Below are positions 19,054-27,832 of a stretch of 64,000 nucleotides of DNA, one piece after another. Within the stretch, counting starts at the first letter, position 1. Every line of letters begins with the position of its first letter. Under the pieces are notes generated by a model that was not told where the DNA came from, ran no database searches, and saw nothing but the letters and a program-made list of their open reading frames with translations. Source of the stretch: Gluconobacter sp. (GTDB lineage: Bacteria > Pseudomonadota > Alphaproteobacteria > Acetobacterales > Acetobacteraceae); NCBI RefSeq assembly GCF_047722525.1, contig NZ_JBDNYY010000011.1, positions 6,019 to 70,018 on the forward strand, written 5' to 3'. The position numbers were made by a program, and so were the translations under genes.

Positions 19054-19650
19054 GTGACAACTCCTTCTGACCGCGCTCCCGGGTCTGCTGTCCTGCCACT
19101 CATTCTTGACCGTTGGTCGCCACGTGCTTACCGGCCCGAAGAGATCGCCCCCGAAGTCCTTCGGAAATTTCTGGATGCCGGCCGCTGGGCGCCATCAGCC
19201 TATAACATCCAGCCATGGCGGTTCATTCATGCGCGGCGTAACACACCGGACTGGGACCGCTTCCTGTCCTGGCTGATCCCGTTCAACCGGGGATGGGCGG
19301 AAAATGCTTCAGCCATCGTATACATCGCGTCCAGAACGATCACCATTTCCAGCAGAACGGGTGAACCGTCGCCGCTCCCGACACACGCCTTCGATGCTGG
19401 TGCCGCGTCCCTGCTGATCCAGTTGCAGGCTTCTCATGTGGGTTGGGCTGCTCATCCCATCAGTGGTTTCGATCATGATCTCGCACATGCGGGTCTGGAA
19501 CTGCCGGAAGATCATCAGCTTCATGCCGCTCTGGTCATTGGCCGCCGGGCGAACGGAGAAAGCCTGCCGGAAGATCTCCGCCAGCGTGAACAGCCTTCGG
19601 GTCGTCTGCCACTGGACAAAATCGCGTTCGAGGGACGTTTCAGGAGTTAG
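19054..19650 (+). CDS. Nitroreductase-family NAD(P)H-flavin oxidoreductase
   Basis: 198 aa with a GTG start. The motifs RWSPRAY, AGRWAPSAYNIQPWRF and GFDHD are typical of the nitroreductase fold. It is the last gene of the ssuCB-like operon, so it could supply reduced flavin (inference). Confidence 0.8.
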   Translation: MTTPSDRAPGSAVLPLILDRWSPRAYRPEEIAPEVLRKFLDAGRWAPSAYNIQPWRFIHARRNTPDWDRFLSWLIPFNRGWAENASAIVYIASRTITISSRTGEPSPLPTHAFDAGAASLLIQLQASHVGWAAHPISGFDHDLAHAGLELPEDHQLHAALVIGRRANGESLPEDLRQREQPSGRLPLDKIAFEGRFRS

Positions 19651-20134
19651 CCGGAGAGTGAGCGCGAATTCGGGCATGAGCTAAATGTGGAGGCATCTCA
19701 TTATCTGAATAATAGCCATTTTCTTAAATAAAAAGCGAGATAACGCGAAATCAATTAAATAAGTATCAATCTCATTGGAGATGAGTACGCAGTCGGATTA
19801 TCAATATTATTGACCTTCCGATTCATGATGGTGTACGACTTCTCCATTAATCGTAAGGAAAATGTCCCGAAAATCCTCCATGACTACTGGATATGGTTTT
19901 TGAGGGGGGTATAAATAGGTATGATAACACGATCTCTATTTACCGATCATTTAATTGCCCTGCCAAGCGTTCAACGAGTCCGTTGATAAATAGCAGTTTT
20001 CTATATGGTTGTAGGCCCCGTAACCAGACATCCCTCTTGAACTACCGACTGCAGAACGCTGCTGTCCGGATGGAACGCGGTTTTTTGTTATGCGTAAAGC
20101 TTAGCGAATGGCCAAGGACAGGAAGCATCATAAT

Positions 20135-20689
20135 ATGAGGAGCGTACGGAGCATACAATTTGCGGCTCTGTCGCTTTGTGCCGGGATGTTTGCCCTGGGA
20201 GCCACGTCCATCGGGACGGGGCAGGCCGCGCCGCTGCCGCGCGCCATGTGCGCTGCCTCGCAATTGTCCTTCGGTTTTGACGATGAAGGCGGCATGTTCA
20301 ATGGCATGTCCCAGAGTGGCACGCTGCTGGTGCTGCGGAACATCGGGACCGTGCCCTGTCAGGTGCAGGCTCTCCCGGACCTGCATTTTGTGAATGCCGA
20401 GGGTCATGCCATGAACGCGAGGCGCCGTGCGCCACGGGGGATGCATCCCGGCCCTGTGCTGCCGCCGGTTCTGGTAATGCCTGGTGCGGAACTGACGGCG
20501 CGGCTGCATTGGGTTTCGGGCGACGTCTATGACGGGCACAACTGCATCTCGCCTGCCTTGGCCGTTCTTGATCTTCCGGAAGGCGCATTGCGGCAGCCTT
20601 TTGAACGACATCTGTGCGCCCCGGCCAACGAGACACAGTTCTTCGATCAGGCCCCCCTACGGCCGGGCCCTACCCCGCCGTCGCTCTAG
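20135..20689 (+). CDS. Secreted hypothetical protein, DUF4232-like
   Basis: ATG 20135 (MRSVRSIQFAALSLCAGMFALGATSIGTGQA, signal peptide) lies 9 nt after GGAAG. The pattern C..L.F...GGM.G....LLVLRN.G.V.C.V...P......G, then V.V.PG..A...L.W, then C, resembles DUF4232 as I remember it. The family name needs an HMM check. Confidence 0.6.
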   Translation: MRSVRSIQFAALSLCAGMFALGATSIGTGQAAPLPRAMCAASQLSFGFDDEGGMFNGMSQSGTLLVLRNIGTVPCQVQALPDLHFVNAEGHAMNARRRAPRGMHPGPVLPPVLVMPGAELTARLHWVSGDVYDGHNCISPALAVLDLPEGALRQPFERHLCAPANETQFFDQAPLRPGPTPPSL

Positions 20690-22125
20690 AGGAGAGGCAT
20701 CTCCGGTTCGGAAGTGACGCCGTTCTGACGGGATGTTATTCCTGCAAGGAAGCGGAAAAGCTGTGGGGCGTTCATCTGGCTTGCATTGAAACGGAGCCAG
20801 GAAGTCTGGCTCTGATCCGGCCTGAACAGGAAGCCGGGGGCGAGCATGATGCCCTGTTCCGCGCCTTTCCGGGCAATCGGCACGGGGTCCAGCCCTGTGC
20901 GAAAGCGTGCCCACAGGAACATGCCGCCATCGGGATATGAGAAAATTTCGAGGCCGGCAGCTTCCAGGGACGATATGGCTGTCTTTCGGATAATAGCCAG
21001 TTTTTCCCGCAGTCTCTCTAGATGCAGGCGGTATCGGCCATCCGCGAGAATGGTATGAACGATGGCCTCGTTCATGGAACTGCTTGTCAGGCTGCTGGCC
21101 ATCTTGAGACGCAGGATTCGGGCAGCGATCTTCGCCGGACAGGCCAGAAATCCGACCCGAAGCCCCGGTGAAATCGTTTTTGAGAAACTGCTGATGAAAA
21201 TGACCCGTTGCAACTGGTCCAGATGCGCCAGCGTCGGGGTATTCTCGTTCGCAAGGCCACCGAAGATGTCATCTTCGATAATCATGAAATCATGACGTTC
21301 GGCCAGACTCAGGACGTGATGCGTGACGGAGGGGCTGCAACTTGTCCCGGTCGGGTTGTGCAGCCGGGTGTTAAGAACAAAGGCTTTCGGCTGTTCCGTT
21401 CTGGCAATACGCTCCAGTGTCGCCAGACAGGGGCCATCGTGAAGACGTGGAATGCCGATGGTCCGGAGGCCAAGGGCTTCGAGAGCCGGGAAGAGATTGC
21501 AGTAACCGGGGTCCTCCACCAGAACGGTGTCTCCCGGCTGGGTCAGGGATCTGATGCTCAGTTCCAGAGCCTGACTGGCACCATGGGTGAGGATGAGATC
21601 CGGCAGGTCACATCTGATGCCCTGTCGCAGCAGGAGTAGACGGATCAGTTCCCGGAGGCCGGCATGGCCATAAGGATTGCCATAGCCCGACATCTCCGGA
21701 TCAGGGCGACGTCCCAGTGCTGTGAAAGCATGGCGGATACCCTCACGGAAAAGATAGCTGTCCGGTAGCCACCCACATCCCGCCTGAACGATAGATGCAT
21801 TGTTTTCATAGGCCCGCTGGAGCATCCATGAAGAATCAATGGACGGGGTGATATCAGGATGTGTGACGGTACCATCCGCTACAGGGTCCATCTGTCTTGC
21901 GACGAAAAACCCGCTGGCCCGCCGGGCTTCCAGAACACCATCAGCCACAAGACGGTTATAGGCATTGGAGACCGTCAGGGGACTGACACTGCACTGTCTG
22001 GCGAGGTGACGGATGGAGGGCAGACGCGTGCCCGGTGTCCAGTCATGGGTGCGGACCAGGGCTGTGACCTGCTGGACGATCTGGGCGACGAGAGGGGTGG
22101 GGGAATGGGGGTCTGTCTGGATCAT
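20686..22125 (-). CDS. MocR/GabR-type regulator (GntR wHTH fused to aminotransferase-like domain)
   Basis: I prefer start MIQTDPHS at 22125; the track extension to 22257 overlaps the divergent gene. The wHTH is LPSIRHLARQCSVSPLTVSNAYNRLVADG. The C-terminal fold-type-I domain carries SSFSKTISPGLRVG, the PLP-lysine motif. Confidence 0.85.
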   Translation of the reverse strand: MIQTDPHSPTPLVAQIVQQVTALVRTHDWTPGTRLPSIRHLARQCSVSPLTVSNAYNRLVADGVLEARRASGFFVARQMDPVADGTVTHPDITPSIDSSWMLQRAYENNASIVQAGCGWLPDSYLFREGIRHAFTALGRRPDPEMSGYGNPYGHAGLRELIRLLLLRQGIRCDLPDLILTHGASQALELSIRSLTQPGDTVLVEDPGYCNLFPALEALGLRTIGIPRLHDGPCLATLERIARTEQPKAFVLNTRLHNPTGTSCSPSVTHHVLSLAERHDFMIIEDDIFGGLANENTPTLAHLDQLQRVIFISSFSKTISPGLRVGFLACPAKIAARILRLKMASSLTSSSMNEAIVHTILADGRYRLHLERLREKLAIIRKTAISSLEAAGLEIFSYPDGGMFLWARFRTGLDPVPIARKGAEQGIMLAPGFLFRPDQSQTSWLRFNASQMNAPQLFRFLAGITSRQNGVTSEPEMPLL

Positions 22126-22129
22126 GGGG

Positions 22130-22185
22130 CTGACTGTACCGGTCGTTCTTGCGGTACAGATTAGGCTCATATTTCCCTGACTGTA
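22130..22185. promoter_or_regulatory. Direct repeat CTGACTGTA x2 plus inverted repeat CTGTACCG/CGGTACAG in the MocR / aminotransferase divergent spacer
   Basis: Read directly. CTGACTGTA occurs at 22130-22138 and 22177-22185 (47 bp start to start). CTGTACCG at 22134-22141 is mirrored by CGGTACAG at 22152-22159. The link to MocR binding is inference, based on GabR-type regulators recognising spaced repeats. Confidence 0.3.
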
Positions 22186-22255
22186 TATATTCAGTTCGGT
22201 TCGTATTCGGGATAGGTTTTTTTGATGTGACAGGGCTGGTGTGCAAGGCCCGGTC

Positions 22256-23641
22256 ATGGATGCCCCCCATCATCAGTCTGCGAGGCGTATCGTGTCGAAA
22301 CTGACCAACGAATTTGACTGTGTTGAGACCATCCGCAAGGGCACGTACTGGATGCCCTTTACGGCCAATCGCCGGGTCCGGGCCGACCCGCAGGCGCGGC
22401 TTCTGACGTCTGCGAAGGGGCCTTATTATTATACACCGGATGGAACGGAGCTTTTTGATACGCTCTCGGGTCTGTGGTGTTCGCCGCTGGGGCATGCGCA
22501 TCCCCGGATCGTGGAGGCGCTCAAGACGCAGGCCGAGACGCTGGATTATGCGCCGCCGTTCCAGCTCACGAATCCGCAGACGGTGCATCTGGCGGAGCGG
22601 ATCGCCGGTCTTGCGCCAGACGGGATGGATCATGTCTTTTTCGCCAATTCCGGCTCCGAGGCGGTGGATACGGCGCTGAAGATCGCGCTGGGGTATCACC
22701 GGCTGCGTCAGGAAGGGCAGCGCTTTCGCATGATCGGGCGTGAGCGCGGGTATCATGGCGTCGGTTTTGGCGGCATGTCCGTTGGCGGAATTGTTCCGAA
22801 CCGCAAAATGTTCGCTTCGGGCATGATGCCGGGCGTGGATCATCTGCGGCATACCTATAGCCCCGAACACATGGCGTTTTCACGCGGCCAGCCGGAATGG
22901 GGCGCGGATCATGCCGAGGATCTGGAACGTCTGGTCGGGCTGCATGACGCTTCGACGATTGCGGCGGTGATTGTGGAGCCGGTGCAGGGATCGACGGGGG
23001 TGATCGTGCCGCCTGTGGGGTATCTGCGCAGGCTGCGCGAGATCTGTACGAAACATGGCATCCTGCTGATTTTCGATGAGGTCATCACGGGTTTTGGCCG
23101 TATGGGCGAAAATTTCGCGGCGCAGCGTTTCGACGTGACGCCGGACATGATCACGTTCGCGAAAGCCGTTACCAACGGCATCGTCCCGATGGGGGGCGTG
23201 ATCGTGACGGATGAAATCTACAACACGTTCATGACCGGTCCGGAAAATGCCATCGAGTTCGCACATGGCTATACCTATTCCGGCCATCCGATGGCGACGG
23301 CTGTAGCCCATGCGGTTCTGGATGTCATGGAGGAAGAGTCCCTCTTTGCGCGCGTCAGGGCGCTGGAGCCGGTTCTGGAAGAGGCCGTGCACGGATTGCG
23401 CGACCTCCCCGCCGTCAAGGACATCCGCAACATAGGACTGACAGCGGGGGTGGACCTGTTCCCCGCCGAGGGTGCGCCCGGCGCGCGCGGGCTCGCCGTT
23501 TTCGAGCGTGGTCTGCGCGAAGGTCTGCTTCTGCGCTGCACGGGCGACACGATTTCCTTCGGTCCTCCATTTATTTCGACTCCGGATCAGCTTCGCGGAA
23601 TGATTGATGGCGTCCGCCGTCTGATCCAGTCCATTTCCTGA
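22256..23641 (+). CDS. Class III (omega) aminotransferase, beta-alanine:pyruvate transaminase-like
   Basis: ATG 22256 lies 7 nt after AAGG. Motifs are GLWCSPLGHAHPRIVEA, FANSGSEAVDTALK, LIFDEVITGFGRMG and DMITFAKAVTNG (PLP lysine). The gene is divergent from the MocR regulator and adjacent to the pyrimidine catabolic genes. Confidence 0.85.
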   Translation: MDAPHHQSARRIVSKLTNEFDCVETIRKGTYWMPFTANRRVRADPQARLLTSAKGPYYYTPDGTELFDTLSGLWCSPLGHAHPRIVEALKTQAETLDYAPPFQLTNPQTVHLAERIAGLAPDGMDHVFFANSGSEAVDTALKIALGYHRLRQEGQRFRMIGRERGYHGVGFGGMSVGGIVPNRKMFASGMMPGVDHLRHTYSPEHMAFSRGQPEWGADHAEDLERLVGLHDASTIAAVIVEPVQGSTGVIVPPVGYLRRLREICTKHGILLIFDEVITGFGRMGENFAAQRFDVTPDMITFAKAVTNGIVPMGGVIVTDEIYNTFMTGPENAIEFAHGYTYSGHPMATAVAHAVLDVMEEESLFARVRALEPVLEEAVHGLRDLPAVKDIRNIGLTAGVDLFPAEGAPGARGLAVFERGLREGLLLRCTGDTISFGPPFISTPDQLRGMIDGVRRLIQSIS

Positions 23642-23661
23642 AAACACAGTGAGGACAAGAC

Positions 23662-24069
23662 ATGCCGCTTCTGCATTTTCATCTTGTTGAAGGCCGTTCC
23701 GACGGTGAAATCAAAGCGCTCCTCGATGCGGCCCATGAGGCCATGCTGGAAGCGTTCAAGGTTCCGCGCGGGGACCGTTATCAGATCGTCTCGGAGCATA
23801 AGCCATCCCGCATGATCGTGGAGGATACCGGGCTGGGCATTCCGCGGACCGGAAATGTCGTGCTGTTGCAGGTGTTCAGCCGGCCGCGCGGGGAAGAGGC
23901 CAATGCGCTCTTCTATCGACTACTGGTGGAGCGGCTGGAGGCGGACTGTGGGATCGCGCCTTCGGACGTGATGATTTCCGTGGTTGAGAACCAGGATGCC
24001 CACTGGTCCTTCGGCTATGGTCGGGCCCAGTTCCTGACCGGTGAGCTGGGCGGTAAAAAGCCGGAGTAA
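23662..24069 (+). CDS. Tautomerase-superfamily protein, malonate semialdehyde decarboxylase (MSAD)-like
   Basis: 135 aa starting MPLLHF, so Pro1 follows Met removal. Counting from Pro1 gives Asp37 (PRGDRY), Arg73 and Arg75 (FSRPRGEE), the residues known to be catalytic in MSAD. It lies 20 nt downstream of the aminotransferase stop. Confidence 0.7.
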   Translation: MPLLHFHLVEGRSDGEIKALLDAAHEAMLEAFKVPRGDRYQIVSEHKPSRMIVEDTGLGIPRTGNVVLLQVFSRPRGEEANALFYRLLVERLEADCGIAPSDVMISVVENQDAHWSFGYGRAQFLTGELGGKKPE

Positions 24070-24089
24070 ACGCCGGGTGTTTGAACTGT

Positions 24090-24116
24090 CCCGGATCAGG
24101 AGAGCCCTGATCCGGG
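24090..24116. terminator. Hairpin between convergent genes (CCCGGATCAGG-agagc-CCTGATCCGGG)
   Basis: A perfect 11-bp stem with a 5-nt loop, read directly. It lies between the stops at 24069 (+) and 24129 (-). There is no clear U-tract. Confidence 0.5.
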
Positions 24117-24128
24117 GCAGAAGTTACG

Positions 24129-25592
<1,464 letters not shown>

Positions 25593-25656
25593 TCAGGACA
25601 TGCCCAGGGACAAGCACGGTCTTGTCAGCGGGCGGAAAGCGGAGAACGATGTCTGC

Positions 25657-26328
25657 ATGACCGAGACTCTTTCTTCTTCTGCCGGCAGGGCTGCTCACAA
25701 GGCCCGCCCGGGCATTCCTCGACAGGCAGCCGAAGCGGCCATTCTCGCGGCGGCCGAGCGTGTGTTCGGCCAGCATGGTTTCCGCGGGGCGAGCATGAAT
25801 GAAATTGCCCGCGAGGCGGGTGTTCCCAAGCCGAACATCCATTACTATTTCGGGACGAAAGAGGAACTCTATCGCAGCGTTCTTGAAAACATCATGACGT
25901 TCTGGCTGCGGGACGCCGATCACTGGCTGGTGCCGGAGCGGCGGGCGCGGGAGGGATTCGAGGGATATATCCGGGCGAAAATGGCGTTTTCCCGTGCCCG
26001 CCCGGATGCGTCGCGGATCTTTGCCTACGAGCTTTTGCAGGGCGCGGGAAATATCCATCATTATCTGTCTACAACCCTGCGGGAGCATGTTGCGAGACGG
26101 GCACGGACATTTGAGGTCTGGCACGGGGAGCGCCAGATGCCGGCCATCGATCCGGTCCATCTGATGTTTGCCATCTGGTCAATGACGCAGGCCTATGCCG
26201 ACATGAGTGCGCAGATGAGCGCGGTGATCGGCTGCCCTGCGCTCGGTGACTCCGATTTCGAGGCGGGTCTGCGGACGATCCTGCGTCTTGTTCTGGGATT
26301 TTGCAACGACATTGGGGACCAGGCGTGA
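25657..26328 (+). CDS. rutR: TetR-family regulator, RutR-like
   Basis: I prefer ATG 25657 (MTETLSS); the track extension to 25348 is antisense to hydA. It is collinear with E. coli RutR as I recall it: NIHYYFGTKEELYRSVLENIMTFWL, ASRIFAYELLQGA, PAIDPVHLMFAIWSMTQAYADMSAQMSAVIG. Confidence 0.8.
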   Translation: MTETLSSSAGRAAHKARPGIPRQAAEAAILAAAERVFGQHGFRGASMNEIAREAGVPKPNIHYYFGTKEELYRSVLENIMTFWLRDADHWLVPERRAREGFEGYIRAKMAFSRARPDASRIFAYELLQGAGNIHHYLSTTLREHVARRARTFEVWHGERQMPAIDPVHLMFAIWSMTQAYADMSAQMSAVIGCPALGDSDFEAGLRTILRLVLGFCNDIGDQA

Positions 26329-26398
26329 TTTCAGCAAGGAAATTGCTCCCTTCTGGCGGTTGGGAAATGATTGTTGCCTGAGTGAGGATGTAATTTTC

Positions 26399-26412
26399 TG
26401 ACCACATGGTCA
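26399..26412. promoter_or_regulatory. RutR-type operator TGACCAcaTGGTCA upstream of preT
   Basis: Read directly from nt 26399-26412. It is a perfect palindrome matching the core of the E. coli RutR consensus TTGACCAnnTGGTCAA. It sits 74 nt upstream of the preT start and 71 nt downstream of the rutR-like stop. Confidence 0.7.
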
Positions 26413-26485
26413 AGTTTACGTTGCGGAATCGGTTCGACTTCAGTCATGGTGTGTCACGAAATGCACATGGTGGAGAGTTTTCTTC

Positions 26486-27829
26486 ATGGATCAGACTCCG
26501 AATATCGCCGCAGACCGCCTGCCACCGGACATCCTGGCACGGAACTTTTCAGATGCTCATCCGCCCCTGACGGAGGGACAGGCCACCATCGAATCCGATC
26601 GGTGTTACTTCTGTTACGACGCCCCCTGTATCGAGGCCTGTCCGACCGGGATTGATATTCCGGGCTTCATCAAGAAGATCTCGACAGGGAATATTCCGGG
26701 ATCGGCACGGACGATTCTGGAATCAAATATTTTCGGCGGATCCTGTGCGCGGGTCTGTCCGACGGAAATCCTCTGCGAAGGCAAATGCGTCCGTAATACG
26801 CAGGAGGACCGGCCCATCCAGATCGGGGCGCTTCAGCGTCATGCCACGGACTGGCAGATGCGGACGGGCGCGCAGCCGTTCAGCCGGGCGCCCCTGACGG
26901 GGAAGCGGATTGCTGTCGTGGGGGCGGGGCCTGCGGGGCTGGCCTGCGCGCACCGGCTGGCCATGCAGGGGCATGATGTTGTCGTGTTCGATGCGCGGCC
27001 CAGGGCGGGTGGTCTGAACGAATATGGGGTTGCCGCTTACAAGCTGGCGGATGAGTTCGCGCAGAAGGAAGTGGCGTTCGTCCTCTCCATTGGCGGGATC
27101 ACGATCGAGACCGAGATGGTGCTTGGCCGGGATATCACGCTGGCGTCTCTCAGGGCGGACTATGACGCCGTGTTCCTCGGGATCGGTCATGCCGGTGTCA
27201 GGGCGCTGGGGATTGCCGGGGAGTATTTTCCGGGCGTGCGCAATGCCGTGGAGTTCATCGAGGAACTGCGGGCATCTCCGACGAAATCCGATGTTCCCGT
27301 CGGGCGGCGTGTGGTTGTGATCGGGGGTGGAAACACGGCCATTGATGCTGCTGTTCAGGCGAAGCGTCTGGGAGCGGAGGAGGTCACGCTGGTCTATCGC
27401 CGGGCGGCGGAGAACATGTCCGCGACGACGGTCGAGCAGGAATGGGCGCAGACGAACGACGTTACGATCCGGTACTGGTCGGCTCCCGTGCGGATCGACG
27501 GGACGGAGGACGGGGTTGCGTCCGTCACCTTTGCCCGTGGTCTCCCGAAGGACGGGCGGCCGGTTTACGATCAGGGGGACTACACGCTTGAGGCGGACAT
27601 GGTTCTCAAGGCGGTGGGACAACTGTTCCTGCCGGACCCTCTGGCGGAGGACGAAATCGTTATCGAGGGTGGCCGCATCAGGGTGGATGCCGAGGGGCGG
27701 ACAACCATGACGGGTGTGTATGCCGGCGGAGACTGCACGGCGGGCGAGGACCTGACCGTGGCGGCTGTCCGCGATGGTCGCAATGCTGCTGAAGCCATCA
27801 CGGCGGATCTGATGAAGACGGGGAACTGA
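26486..27829 (+). CDS. preT: NAD-dependent dihydropyrimidine dehydrogenase subunit PreT
   Basis: 447 aa with an N-terminal Fe-S motif CYFCYDAPCIEACPTG and two dinucleotide folds (VAVVGAGPAGLACA, VVVIGGGNTAIDAA). It has a glutamate-synthase-small-chain-like layout. Confidence 0.9.
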   Translation: MDQTPNIAADRLPPDILARNFSDAHPPLTEGQATIESDRCYFCYDAPCIEACPTGIDIPGFIKKISTGNIPGSARTILESNIFGGSCARVCPTEILCEGKCVRNTQEDRPIQIGALQRHATDWQMRTGAQPFSRAPLTGKRIAVVGAGPAGLACAHRLAMQGHDVVVFDARPRAGGLNEYGVAAYKLADEFAQKEVAFVLSIGGITIETEMVLGRDITLASLRADYDAVFLGIGHAGVRALGIAGEYFPGVRNAVEFIEELRASPTKSDVPVGRRVVVIGGGNTAIDAAVQAKRLGAEEVTLVYRRAAENMSATTVEQEWAQTNDVTIRYWSAPVRIDGTEDGVASVTFARGLPKDGRPVYDQGDYTLEADMVLKAVGQLFLPDPLAEDEIVIEGGRIRVDAEGRTTMTGVYAGGDCTAGEDLTVAAVRDGRNAAEAITADLMKTGN

Positions 27830-27832
27830 GAC

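Noticed and set aside
20000-20060. A tRNA-like or att-site fragment in the AT-rich gap (minus strand GCAGTCGGTAGTTCAAGAGGGATGTCTGGTTACGGGGCC).
   Set aside because: No T-loop consensus (GGTTCGAATCC-like with a paired stem), no acceptor stem and no CCA context could be built by hand. There is no integrase gene nearby.
19893-20138. An 81-aa ORF inside the low-GC gap.
   Set aside because: It has no Shine-Dalgarno sequence and an odd composition. It overlaps the better-supported start (20135, with GGAAG and a signal peptide) of the DUF4232-like gene. It is probably a chance ORF in AT-rich DNA.
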